The notes: generated from the sequence alone by a model not told the origin. A DNA stretch of 64,000 bases from Candidatus Altimarinota bacterium (GCA_963677745.1 OY782391.1:608001-672000), one strand, 5' to 3'; positions 1-9,036 are shown, counted from the stretch's first letter. Made by a program: numbers and translations.

Positions 1-960
1 GGCAATTCCAGTCATGAAAGAGTCTTGGAAAGCATCCGCAATCAGACAGTGGTCCGCACCTTCAACAAACTGTCCGGGGAAGGGGCGCTGTTCAATTGGC
101 TGAGAGCTTTTCCACCGGGGGCCAAATCCGCCGGGGTCAATCAGGACCAGCTCCACCGGCACATAGAAACTTCCCGGGAAAATTGTGATTTTTGCCAGGT
201 AGGCCAACTGACCGCCGAAGACACTTTTGGCCGGATTCAGGGCCGGCACTGCACCGTCGCAGCCAACATTGCCAAATATGATGCCTGGCACAGCATTATC
301 TGCTTCCACAAACACAATCCCCTGGACTTCACTCAGGAGGACCTTTCCGATTATCTGGAAACCGGGTTTCGCTGGTTTGAAAAAGTCCGTCAGCGTAATC
401 CGGAATACAAATTCCCTTTCCTGATGTGGAATTGTCTGGAAAGAGCCGGGGCTTCAGTTATTCATGGCCATGCACAGGTGCTGATGAGTAAAAACGCCCA
501 TTATGCCAAAACCGAACATATCCGCCGCGTGGCGGAAGATTACCGCCGGAATTTCGGACGCGATTATTTTCAGGATTTATTCCGGGCCCACTATCTGGTC
601 AACCTGGCTTTCGCGGATCAGGACACCGCTATCATCGCCAACCTGACCCCCATTAAGGAAAAAGAAGTGATTATTGTCTCGCGTGAATCCCCCGCTCAAA
701 ATGTCAGCGCACAGCGAGCCATCTTCAGAACACTCCGCTGCTTCATTGATGATCTGGGAGTTACCAGCTTTAATCTGAGCATTTCCATTCCACCCTTGGG
801 CGACCGCTCTTTCCCCTATATAATCAGACTGGTCGACCGCGGCAATCTCTTCAAACAGACCGCTGACATCGGCTGCATGGAACTCTATGCTAGCAGCGTG
901 ATTGCCTCCGATCCCTATACCGTCATCAATAAACTTAAAAACTACTATTCCAGATTTTAG
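1..960 (+). CDS. GalT/HIT-superfamily nucleotidyltransferase/hydrolase (5'-partial)
   Basis: Frame is open from base 1. Contains CDFC, the GAS-x2-HGHAQ motif (GalT-type HxHxQ) and a C-terminal G-x-EL. Confidence 0.75.
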   Translation, partial: GNSSHERVLESIRNQTVVRTFNKLSGEGALFNWLRAFPPGAKSAGVNQDQLHRHIETSRENCDFCQVGQLTAEDTFGRIQGRHCTVAANIAKYDAWHSIICFHKHNPLDFTQEDLSDYLETGFRWFEKVRQRNPEYKFPFLMWNCLERAGASVIHGHAQVLMSKNAHYAKTEHIRRVAEDYRRNFGRDYFQDLFRAHYLVNLAFADQDTAIIANLTPIKEKEVIIVSRESPAQNVSAQRAIFRTLRCFIDDLGVTSFNLSISIPPLGDRSFPYIIRLVDRGNLFKQTADIGCMELYASSVIASDPYTVINKLKNYYSRF

Positions 961-972
961 ACTCACACCACC

Positions 973-1311
973 ATGAACACACCCACCATCACCACCAAAA
1001 TAATTTTTCTGCTCCTGATTGCCTTGGCCGTGGGTCTGGAGATCGCGGCTGATATTTTCTTTAAATTCTGGGCGGAACAAAATAAAAACCTGCTGCTTGG
1101 CGTGGGCCTGCTGCTCTATTTTATCGGCACCGTTTTCTGGGCCTTTTCCCTGAGGCAGGAATATCTGTCCCGGGCCATCTCCGTCTTCACCATTCTCAAC
1201 CTGGTGGTAATTTCTTTGGTGGGTATGTTTTATTTCCAGGAAGATCTCAGTCTGATCAATAAAATCGGCCTGGGAGTAGGTGTCCTCAGTGTTATTTTAA
1301 TTGAGATTTAA
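973..1311 (+). CDS. SMR/DMT-family small membrane transporter
   Basis: 112 aa with four hydrophobic helices; Glu in helix 1 (GLEIAAD); FQEDLS-x3-KIG C-terminal pattern. Confidence 0.75.
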   Translation: MNTPTITTKIIFLLLIALAVGLEIAADIFFKFWAEQNKNLLLGVGLLLYFIGTVFWAFSLRQEYLSRAISVFTILNLVVISLVGMFYFQEDLSLINKIGLGVGVLSVILIEI

Positions 1312-1328
1312 TCACTCACGTTTTCACC

Positions 1329-1868
1329 ATGCTTATCCTGATTGATTTTTTTGGAACTCTGGCCGACTATGAACTCGGCATCATTCAGGAATTGAAAAAA
1401 CGGGGCCAGTCTGAAAAAATCATCCCGCAAAACCGGCGTAATACCTTCTATATCAAAGAACAATATCCCCTGGAAATGCGCGATCTAATCGACGAAATCG
1501 GCAATACTCCCGGCTTTTTCAGAGCTCTTGATCCTGTACCTGGCGCAATAGAAGGTTTTAAAGCCCTGTCGGCACAGGGTCACCAGCTTTTCATCTGCAG
1601 CAGTCCCTTCTTTAATCATGAAAACTGTGTCCCCGAGACCTATCAGTGGATAGCTAAAAATCTCGGTACTGAATGGGTGGAAAAAATTATCATCACCAGA
1701 GACAAAACCCTGGTCCGGGGAGATCTTCTGATTGACGACCGCCCCGAGGTGAAAGGTGTGGTAGTTCCTTCTTGGGAAAGGATACTATTCGATCAGCCCT
1801 ATAACCAGGAGGTTAAAAATCTTAAACGTATGACCTGGGCCAATTGGCAGGATATTATTAATAATTAA
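1329..1868 (+). CDS. 5'(3')-deoxyribonucleotidase (NT5C, HAD family), variant motif I
   Basis: PGFF-x2-L-x-P-x-PGA, ICSSP, TRDKTLVRGDLLIDDRP and FDQPYN motifs; motif I reads DFFGT rather than DxDG. Confidence 0.85.
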   Translation: MLILIDFFGTLADYELGIIQELKKRGQSEKIIPQNRRNTFYIKEQYPLEMRDLIDEIGNTPGFFRALDPVPGAIEGFKALSAQGHQLFICSSPFFNHENCVPETYQWIAKNLGTEWVEKIIITRDKTLVRGDLLIDDRPEVKGVVVPSWERILFDQPYNQEVKNLKRMTWANWQDIINN

Positions 1869-1878
1869 CCCGGAATCT

Positions 1879-2184
1879 ATGATCGATCTGAAAAAAGCTC
1901 AAAAACAGATTTTCCAAAACAAAGTCCGCAAGGGTTTTAACACCACCAATGTCCACCAGGAGTTCTGCTATCTGATTGAAGAAACCGGAGAGGCCTGTCA
2001 TGCCTACAACCAGCAGCTGCCCGATCTGGGTGAAGAACTGGCCGACATGGCAATCTATGTATTGGGGCTGGCGGAAATGCTGAAAATCGATCTGGAAGAA
2101 GAAATTCTCAAAAAAATCAACAAGAATGAGCAGCGCGAATACCGCAATATCAACGGCATTATTACCAGAACCAAAGACGCCTGA
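1879..2184 (+). CDS. MazG-like NTP pyrophosphohydrolase
   Basis: EE-x-GE...EELAD acidic helices; IDLE...KKINKNEQR. Confidence 0.85.
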   Translation: MIDLKKAQKQIFQNKVRKGFNTTNVHQEFCYLIEETGEACHAYNQQLPDLGEELADMAIYVLGLAEMLKIDLEEEILKKINKNEQREYRNINGIITRTKDA

Positions 2185-2198
2185 AGACCCGCCCGGAA

Positions 2199-3188
2199 TT
2201 ATTTATCAATCAATCCCATCCGGACAGCTCTGTCGTGCAAAAGGGCCAGAGCGTCCCTTTCAATCTGTCTGATCCTTTCCCTGGATACCGCTATTTCATC
2301 ACCTATTTCCCGAAGCGTGGCTTCATCCACAAACCTTCTCTTCAAAATCAATTGCTCCCGGGGAGTTAACTCTCCCAGCAAATCCAAAAGCATTTCCTTG
2401 GTTCTTTTTCTGATCAGTAGATCCTCGGCATCCGGCTGATGGGAATCGGACAGCACGGAAAGCATGGAAGTATTACTGTCCCCCTGCTCAACGGGCGCAT
2501 CGATGGAAACAAGATTCTGCAGTTGATTGGCCATCTGCAGATTAACCAGGTCTTTACGCTTTATCTCCAGTTTTTCCTCCAGTTCTTCCATCCCGGCTCT
2601 TCCGGCCGATCTCATCTCGGCTGCAGCCTGATCCATATGACGTAACTTGCTCAGTACGTGAACCGGCAAACGGATTGTTTTGCCCACATCGGCTACCGCC
2701 CTGAACATTTTATGTCTTGCCCACCAGGAGGCATACGTGGCAAACCTGCCCTGGGCCGGATCAAAAGTCTCGGCCGCCCGCCATAACCCGTCCACACCTT
2801 CCTGAACCAGATCTTCATAAGCCATACCAACCGAATGTTTAAGACGATGAGCAAGCTTCATCACCAACCGCACATTGTGCAGTACAAACTTTTCCTGGAT
2901 CCGTTTCAAATCCACCGCCGATGTTTCAAGGGCATCCAGTGCTTCCAACAATTGCAACGGTTTTACACTGTCATCCAGTCTCCGTAAGTTTTCCCGTGCT
3001 ATTTCAAAAGCCTGGCTGGCCACCAGAAATTCCTGATTTGCTTGTTGTTCTTCCTCTTCGGAAAAGATCGGATAAGCACGAACCAGTTTACTGAAAACCT
3101 CCCTGACAGAAGGCTTTCTTTCATTTTTTTCCTCTTTGAAGAATGCACCGCCCAGCTCCCCTTCCTGTTGTTCCCAGCCAAATCGCAT
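2199..3188 (-). CDS. Sigma-70 family RNA polymerase sigma factor (RpoD/RpoS-like, no region 1.1)
   Basis: HNVRLV, DLVQEG..GL, FDP..GRFATYASWW, TIRLPVH, SIDAPV, TLREIG...VSRERIRQIE. Confidence 0.92.
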   Translation of the reverse strand: MRFGWEQQEGELGGAFFKEEKNERKPSVREVFSKLVRAYPIFSEEEEQQANQEFLVASQAFEIARENLRRLDDSVKPLQLLEALDALETSAVDLKRIQEKFVLHNVRLVMKLAHRLKHSVGMAYEDLVQEGVDGLWRAAETFDPAQGRFATYASWWARHKMFRAVADVGKTIRLPVHVLSKLRHMDQAAAEMRSAGRAGMEELEEKLEIKRKDLVNLQMANQLQNLVSIDAPVEQGDSNTSMLSVLSDSHQPDAEDLLIRKRTKEMLLDLLGELTPREQLILKRRFVDEATLREIGDEIAVSRERIRQIERDALALLHDRAVRMGLIDK

Positions 3189-3216
3189 CTGTATTCATAC
3201 TAAAAGATTGGACGTC

Positions 3217-3244
3217 ATCCTATCATATATTCGGCGGACGTCAA
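3217..3244 (-). promoter_or_regulatory. Putative sigma-70 promoter of the sigma factor gene
   Basis: Minus strand TTGACG-16 nt-TAGGAT with an extended TG; GGACGTCA occurs twice (3210-3217, 3236-3243). Confidence 0.5.
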
Positions 3245-3265
3245 CCAGCCTCGGCCAATCGGTTA

Positions 3266-3297
3266 TCTTGCCAAATAGTCGATTTCCGCTAACATCA
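3266..3297 (+). repeat. Direct repeat copy A / promoter (TTGCCA-16-TAACAT)
   Basis: TCTTGCCAAATAGTCGATTTCCGCTAACATCA, 27/32 identical to 5625-5656. Confidence 0.8.
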
Positions 3298-3314
3298 GGA
3301 AGAAGTCTCACCAC

Positions 3315-5621
3315 ATGAAAAAAGAGGTCTACATTGTCGGACGTCCTTATTCTCTCCAAACCAGATTACTGCTCAGGGAGGGCTATTCTGTCAGTCTGCT
3401 GCTCTGTCGCAGCCTGAAAGGGCGGAAAGTTCCCTTCCAGACGCTCTATAAAAAAATATATTATGTTGATTTTGGCAGCAAGGCCCGCCTCTTCAAAGAC
3501 CTGAAAAAACATCGTATCATGCCCGGCCTTTTCACTACACTTTATGAAAACTTCATCACCCCGCTGGCCTGGCTCAATGAATATTTTAAAATCGCCGGCA
3601 GTCTGACCGGAAAAACCGCCAAAGACGTTACTGATAAACTCTCCATGCGGAAAAAATTCGCCGACTACGACTCCCGCATCACGCCGGCATTCAAACCGAT
3701 CAATAACATCAAAGACCTTGTAAAATTCGCCACCGTCCATGGTTTCCCGCTGATGCTCAAACCGGCTGCCCTGGATAAAAGCCGGTTGGTGACCAAATCC
3801 CAAAACCTGGCTGAACTGAAAAAAAACTACCGCCATCTGATCAAAAACATTTCTAAAATTTATACCGAATCCGGACGCGGGAAATTGCACCCGCAGGTGA
3901 TCGTGGAAAAATTTATGCGGGGAACACAGCATACGGTAGCCGCCCTGATTGATTATCAGGGGAAAATTTATCTGGAAAAAGAAATCGCCGATATAGTCAC
4001 CGCCTCTGATGTGGGAATAGACGACGGACATCTGTTTGCCAGAATTTTGCCCTCAGCCTTAACACAAACCGACCAACGGAAAATCCGGAAAGTGGCCAAA
4101 GAGGGAGTACGGGCTCTCGGTTTACGCGCCTCTCCCGCCCACATTGAAATTATCCATACCCCTTCAGGACCACAAATTATTGAAATCGGCGCCCGCATCG
4201 GCGGCTATCGAATCCAGATGTACCAGGCGCATGGCGGTACCAATCTGGCCGTCAACGAAATGCGGATCAAATCCGGACAAAACCCGCTTCGAAAAAAACA
4301 GACCGTCCGTCCGTTCTGCGCAACCATCGAACTTTTTCCTCAAAACAAAGGACTGTTTAAGGAAATCAGCAATCTGAACCGGCTCAAAAAACTTCCCAGT
4401 TTCCAAAAAATTTCCCTGAAGGCGAAACCGGGCCAGCCTGTCGGGCTGGCCCGCGACGGATTTAAATTCGCCGCCCTGATTTTATTGCAGAATAAGAACG
4501 CGCAGCAATTCTGGAAAGATCTGGACTTCGTCAAAAACCAGGTAAAAATAATTATCAAAAGTACGAAGACCCCGTCCCCCCAAAAGCGCCTGAAAATCGC
4601 CCACCTGGTCCCCGACAGCATCACTTTCCCCCTGACCAGACCCAACGGACGTTATCAGTGGGTCTTTGATCTGGCAGTCGATCAGGTCAGAGAGGGCCTG
4701 GACGTAACAATCTTCTGCAACGCGGACAGTGATTTCGGGAACAGCGGCATAAAAAAAGCCGCGCTGCCCGGCAGCCTGAAAATGCCTGATTCCCGCAATC
4801 AATTATTAATGAAAAAGGCCCTTCTGGACCAAAGTTTCGATCTCTATCACAGCCATTTCGACAATCTCCATTATCAGCTTGCCCATCTCACCGACAAACC
4901 GATTCTTTTCAGCCAGCACCTGGCTTTATCCGAGGAAACCAAAGATCTGCATCGCCGGCACCACCCCAAAAATGTTTTTGCGATTCCGCTTTCCAGACAT
5001 CAAAAAAATCAAAACCTGAAATACAACTTACAGACAATGTCACCCGTCTATCACGGTATAGACCTGAATCTGTTCACCCCATCCCCCGTCAAACAGACCG
5101 GCCGTTTTCTATTCGTGGGACGGATCACGCCGCAAAAAGGACTGGCAGAGACACTGCAATTTGCCGTCCGGCATCAACTCCGGCTGGATATCATCGGCAA
5201 ACTGTCTCCGAAAGATCAATCATACTGGAACAAAATCAGTCATCTGGTTGACGGTAAAAAAATCCGCTATCTGGGGACAAAAAAACGGCACGAACTGGTA
5301 AATTATTACCGGCGCGCCAAAGCCCTCTTTTTCCTGATTCAGTCCGCGGAAGCCTTCGGGCTGGTGATAGCGGAAGCCCTGGCCTGCGGCTGCCCGGTTA
5401 TTGCCACGGATATCGGCCACATCAAAGAACTTGTCAAAAACGGCCGCAACGGCCTGGTAGTAAAAGACCTCCGGGAGCTGGCCATCCGGTTTAACGAAAT
5501 AGAAAAAATCTCCCGGCAAACCTGCCATCAGTCGGCACTTAGATTCGGCTGGCCCCGCATGCTCAGAGAGTACCGTTCCGCCTACCGGAAAGCGCTGCAA
5601 TTGTACAAAAAATCGCCATGA
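3315..5621 (+). CDS. ATP-grasp ligase fused to a GT4 (GT-B) glycosyltransferase
   Basis: N-terminal half: DK..MR, GFPLMLKP, VEKFM-x-G, HIE...IIEIGARIGG. C-terminal half: FVGRI-x2-QKG, EAFGLVIAEALACGCPVIATD. Confidence 0.88.
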   Translation: MKKEVYIVGRPYSLQTRLLLREGYSVSLLLCRSLKGRKVPFQTLYKKIYYVDFGSKARLFKDLKKHRIMPGLFTTLYENFITPLAWLNEYFKIAGSLTGKTAKDVTDKLSMRKKFADYDSRITPAFKPINNIKDLVKFATVHGFPLMLKPAALDKSRLVTKSQNLAELKKNYRHLIKNISKIYTESGRGKLHPQVIVEKFMRGTQHTVAALIDYQGKIYLEKEIADIVTASDVGIDDGHLFARILPSALTQTDQRKIRKVAKEGVRALGLRASPAHIEIIHTPSGPQIIEIGARIGGYRIQMYQAHGGTNLAVNEMRIKSGQNPLRKKQTVRPFCATIELFPQNKGLFKEISNLNRLKKLPSFQKISLKAKPGQPVGLARDGFKFAALILLQNKNAQQFWKDLDFVKNQVKIIIKSTKTPSPQKRLKIAHLVPDSITFPLTRPNGRYQWVFDLAVDQVREGLDVTIFCNADSDFGNSGIKKAALPGSLKMPDSRNQLLMKKALLDQSFDLYHSHFDNLHYQLAHLTDKPILFSQHLALSEETKDLHRRHHPKNVFAIPLSRHQKNQNLKYNLQTMSPVYHGIDLNLFTPSPVKQTGRFLFVGRITPQKGLAETLQFAVRHQLRLDIIGKLSPKDQSYWNKISHLVDGKKIRYLGTKKRHELVNYYRRAKALFFLIQSAEAFGLVIAEALACGCPVIATDIGHIKELVKNGRNGLVVKDLRELAIRFNEIEKISRQTCHQSALRFGWPRMLREYRSAYRKALQLYKKSP

Positions 5622-5624
5622 TTT

Positions 5625-5656
5625 TCTTGCCAAAAGCCCGATTTCAGCTAACATCA
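5625..5656 (+). repeat. Direct repeat copy B / tRNA-Ser promoter
   Basis: TCTTGCCAAAAGCCCGATTTCAGCTAACATCA ending 13 nt before the tRNA; -35 TTGCCA, -10 TAACAT. Confidence 0.8.
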
Positions 5657-5669
5657 TAGGGCGACCTGC

Positions 5670-5759
5670 GGAGAGATGGCTGAGTGGTCGAAAGCGCCGC
5701 TCTCGAAAAGCGGTAAGGAGGCAACTCCTTCGAGGGTTCGAATCCCCCTCTCTCCGCCA
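5670..5759 (+). tRNA. tRNA-Ser (anticodon CGA)
   Basis: GGAGAGA/TCTCTCC acceptor stem, anticodon arm CCGCT-CTCGAAA-AGCGG, long variable arm AAGGAG-GCAA-CTCCTT, GGTTCGAATCC T-arm, encoded CCA. Confidence 0.97.
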
Positions 5760-5802
5760 ATAAGTTGCTTTTAGCCGGCCCCAACTAATAAAACCACTTC
5801 CC

Positions 5803-6786
5803 ATGAAGGTCTGCGAAAAATGCAAAACAATTTTTCAGGAAGTCCCGGCACAATGTACTGACTGCGGCGGCGCGCTGACCACCCCCAAAACCACACCCGC
5901 CTACCTGAAAAACTTTCTGGAAATCGACGACGCGACTCTCGCCCGCTTCCAGGCCGTGCGCGCCGCCGCCATCTCCGAAGCTAAAACGCTCTCCCAGCCG
6001 AAAACCCGCCTCCGTGCCATCGGCATTTCCGGCTCCGCCCGTGACGCCGGCGATATGGCCGCCGAAGACAGCAACTCGGAATTCCTGCTCAAACAATGTC
6101 TGGATGAATTAAAATCCCTGGGTGCCGACACCGAACTATTACCCCTCCGCAAATACAGCATCAATCACTGCAAAGCCTGTTATTCCACCACCAATGCCCA
6201 GTGCCACTTTTACTGCTCCTGCTACCCCAAAGGAACTCCGCTGGCCGATGACATGACCACCGTGCTTTATGATAAGGTATTGGCAGCCGACATTATTATC
6301 TTTGCCACTCCGGTCAACAACTTTAAAATTTCCTCATTACTCGCCCTTTTCATCGACCGCTGCATCAGCCTGGACGGGAGTCTTTCTCCGGCCGATCCCA
6401 ATAACAGCAAAAACAGGGAACTCAACGTCAAACACACCAAATTCATTCAGTTGACGGCCGACCAGGGCATCCCCGGCAGCGGATTTTTACGCCGGTTTAT
6501 GGGCAAGGTCGCCGGCATCATCGTCACCGGACACGAGGAGGGAGCCTCTATGGCAATCTCCCAGCTTTTCATGACACTTAATCATTTCGGAATGATTTTC
6601 CCGCCCTGGTCCAACATGTACGCTATGTCTTCCGTTACCCGCCCCACCTACGAGGACAAAAAACTGGTAACCTCTTCCGCCTATGTCGGGGAAGCCAGAG
6701 ATATCGCCCGCAATACCATGCAGACCGCCCGCCTCCTGCAAAAATTCGACAAACTGAAATGGGGACCTGATAATTCTTCAAATTAA
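5803..6786 (+). CDS. NADPH-dependent FMN reductase / iron-sulfur flavoprotein with N-terminal zinc ribbon
   Basis: ISGSAR...SNS, CKAC-x7-CHFYCSCYP, ADIIIFATPV, GKVAGIIVTGHEEG; N-terminal CEKC...CTDC. Confidence 0.85.
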   Translation: MKVCEKCKTIFQEVPAQCTDCGGALTTPKTTPAYLKNFLEIDDATLARFQAVRAAAISEAKTLSQPKTRLRAIGISGSARDAGDMAAEDSNSEFLLKQCLDELKSLGADTELLPLRKYSINHCKACYSTTNAQCHFYCSCYPKGTPLADDMTTVLYDKVLAADIIIFATPVNNFKISSLLALFIDRCISLDGSLSPADPNNSKNRELNVKHTKFIQLTADQGIPGSGFLRRFMGKVAGIIVTGHEEGASMAISQLFMTLNHFGMIFPPWSNMYAMSSVTRPTYEDKKLVTSSAYVGEARDIARNTMQTARLLQKFDKLKWGPDNSSN

Positions 6787-6789
6787 ACC

Positions 6790-7008
6790 ATGATCAATAA
6801 TATCGCCTATTATCTGATTTTCGGAAAACCTCTGATCATGTATATGGGAATTCTGACCCTGCTGACTTTTCTGTTGGTGGCCTATATCGGCCACTCCATC
6901 CTCACCGGAAAAAGTAAATTTCCACTAAAATGGCATCTGTGGATTGCCGGCCTGGCTATTTTTATTGCACTCCTGCACGGTACTTTTGGAATACTCTCTT
7001 ATTTTTAA
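6790..7008 (+). CDS. Small integral membrane protein (72 aa) with two His in one TM helix
   Basis: Two hydrophobic helices; WH-x13-H; starts 3 nt after the flavoprotein stop. Confidence 0.7.
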   Translation: MINNIAYYLIFGKPLIMYMGILTLLTFLLVAYIGHSILTGKSKFPLKWHLWIAGLAIFIALLHGTFGILSYF

Positions 7009-7019
7009 ACAAACTGTTG

Positions 7020-7568
7020 ATGGCGCAACACCCCGAACAGCTTCGCAACACCACCCTGGTCTTTTTGGTAAAAAAAGCCCCGGCGCAAAAACCAGCCCTG
7101 ACCGCACATTCACACCCCCTGCCGGCCAATATCGAACAGATCTGTCTGGCCATGAAAAAACGCGGTTTCGGAGTCAACCGCTGGAATGGCGTGGGCGGAA
7201 AATTTGACCACAGTCTGGATCAAACCATCGAGGATGCAGCCATCCGCGAAACCAAAGAGGAAATAAACGTCGAAGTTCAAGATCTAAATAAAGTTGCGGA
7301 ACTGACTTTTCTTTTCCCCGGTAATCCATCCTGGAACCAGCTGGCTCACGTCTACCTGACCGAACAGTGGAATGGCACGCCCGCCGAAAGCGAGGAAATG
7401 CGCCCCGACTGGTTTTCTCCGCAGGAACTTCCTTTCCACAGCATGTGGCCGGACGACCCGCATTGGCTGCCGCATGTCATCAGCGGAAAATTTCTTAAAG
7501 CAACTTTCAGTTTCGGCGAAAACGACCTGATTCTGGGAAAAAACATTACCATCGTGGAACGGTTATAA
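7020..7568 (+). CDS. NUDIX hydrolase, MTH1/MutT-like 8-oxo-dGTP diphosphatase
   Basis: LAMKKRGFG..RWNGVGGK, Nudix box (AAIRETKEE), ESEEM-x-P-x-WF, MWPDD. Start placed at ATG 7020 to avoid overlap. Confidence 0.88.
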   Translation: MAQHPEQLRNTTLVFLVKKAPAQKPALTAHSHPLPANIEQICLAMKKRGFGVNRWNGVGGKFDHSLDQTIEDAAIRETKEEINVEVQDLNKVAELTFLFPGNPSWNQLAHVYLTEQWNGTPAESEEMRPDWFSPQELPFHSMWPDDPHWLPHVISGKFLKATFSFGENDLILGKNITIVERL

Positions 7569-7670
7569 AAAAACTGCCCGCACAGAACCAATTATCAATG
7601 CAATGTCCTTGCCTCAGCAACCGCTTCAGCTTATATTATCGCAGAGTCCTTAATCTTAACCAAAATCAAC

Positions 7671-8039
7671 ATGGAAGGCAGTTTTAGTTTTAGCACCTCG
7701 GGCGATCCCGTTTCCTCGGCGATTTCCCTGTTAATAATGCTCTTTTTCCTCTACTGCGGCTGGAAACTTTTCGTAAAGGCCGGTCAACCCGGCTGGGCTG
7801 CCATCATCCCCTTCTACAATATCTACATCATGCTGAAGATCGTCGGCAAACCAGGCTGGTGGCTGATTCTCTTTTTCATTCCTTTCGTAAACTTTATCAT
7901 TGCCATCATCGTGATGCACAATCTGTCACTGCGTTTTGGCAAAGGAGTCGGTTATACTTTGGGACTGATCTTCCTGGGTTTTATTTTTATGCCAATGTTA
8001 GCCCTGGGTTCAGCCAAATATACCGCCCCTACGGTCTAA
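7671..8039 (+). CDS. DUF5684-like membrane protein
   Basis: WKLF-x-KAG-x-PGWAAIIPFYN and RFGKG-x-G pattern. Confidence 0.8.
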   Translation: MEGSFSFSTSGDPVSSAISLLIMLFFLYCGWKLFVKAGQPGWAAIIPFYNIYIMLKIVGKPGWWLILFFIPFVNFIIAIIVMHNLSLRFGKGVGYTLGLIFLGFIFMPMLALGSAKYTAPTV

Positions 8040-8059
8040 ACACACAACCTTAAACAATC

Positions 8060-8101
8060 GTCCCCTCTCCATTTGGTAAAACCGAATCCTGAGGGGACTT
8101 T
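8060..8101 (+). terminator. Stem-loop, putative terminator
   Basis: GTCCCCTC/GAGGGGAC outer stem enclosing an ATTTGGT-AAA-ACCGAAT inner hairpin, followed by TTT. Confidence 0.55.
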
Positions 8102-8112
8102 AAAAATTTCCC

Positions 8113-8985
8113 ATGTCCTACCTGACCGGAATAACATTTGCCTTCATCGCCCTGCTTTGCTGGGGTTTTGGTGATTTTTTTATCCAGCGCACCACCCGTC
8201 TGGTCGGAACCTGGAAAGCACTTTTCTACATAGCAATACTGGGATCAGTTGTACTTTTCCCTTTCATCTACAGCGAACTCCCAACTCTTACCGTCGATAA
8301 TTTTCTGCTGCTCTCCCTTCTGGCCATCATCGTTATTTTCAGCGCGCTCTTCGATTTCGAAGCGCTGCGTCAGGGCAAAATCGCCATCATCGAACCGATC
8401 ATCGGGCTGGAATTACCGATCACCGTGGGACTGAGCATTGCTCTGGTCAACGAACAGCTCGACCTCAGACAGGGCTTGCTGATTTTTTTGGTCTTCATTG
8501 GAATCCTTCTGGCCATCACCGCCCACCGTCCCAATTTCCGTCAGGCCAAAATGGTCCTGGAAAAAGGAGCCATACTGGCCGGAGTGGGAGCGGTGGGTCT
8601 GGCCCTGACCAATTTCATGGTAGGCATCAGCAGCCAGCAAACTTCACCGCTACTCACCATCTGGTTTGCCCATACTACAGTGGCTCTGGTCTGTCTGATT
8701 TATTTGCTGGTAAAAAAACAATTCCATTCAATGATCGGCGATTTCCGAAAACATCCCTGGACTATTCTGGCGCAGAGTGTTCTGGACAACGCGGCCTGGA
8801 TTGCTTTTGCCTATGCCACCTCCATTATCCCCATCTCCATCGCCACCACCATCAGTGAATCCTACATCACTGTCACCGTGCTGCTGGGACTTTTTGTCAG
8901 CAAGGAAAAATTAAAGAAATATCAGATTTTCGGTGCCTTTCTGGCTATTGGCAGTTTAATAGTCCTGTCGGCAATTTCCCAATAA
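8113..8985 (+). CDS. EamA/DMT family transporter
   Basis: ~10 TM helices in two repeats; ALLCWG-x-GDF; xKEKL..YQ..G. Confidence 0.88.
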   Translation: MSYLTGITFAFIALLCWGFGDFFIQRTTRLVGTWKALFYIAILGSVVLFPFIYSELPTLTVDNFLLLSLLAIIVIFSALFDFEALRQGKIAIIEPIIGLELPITVGLSIALVNEQLDLRQGLLIFLVFIGILLAITAHRPNFRQAKMVLEKGAILAGVGAVGLALTNFMVGISSQQTSPLLTIWFAHTTVALVCLIYLLVKKQFHSMIGDFRKHPWTILAQSVLDNAAWIAFAYATSIIPISIATTISESYITVTVLLGLFVSKEKLKKYQIFGAFLAIGSLIVLSAISQ

Positions 8986-9036
8986 AGCCACACTGATTCC
9001 ACTGTCAATTTTGTCAAAAGATTTCGCAGGGAGAGT

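Noticed and set aside
6930-7019. ORF-track N-terminal extensions (also 9948, 18637, 24699, 27035, 37710)
   Set aside because: They overlap upstream genes or promoters; downstream ATGs fit family starts, coupling or RBS better.
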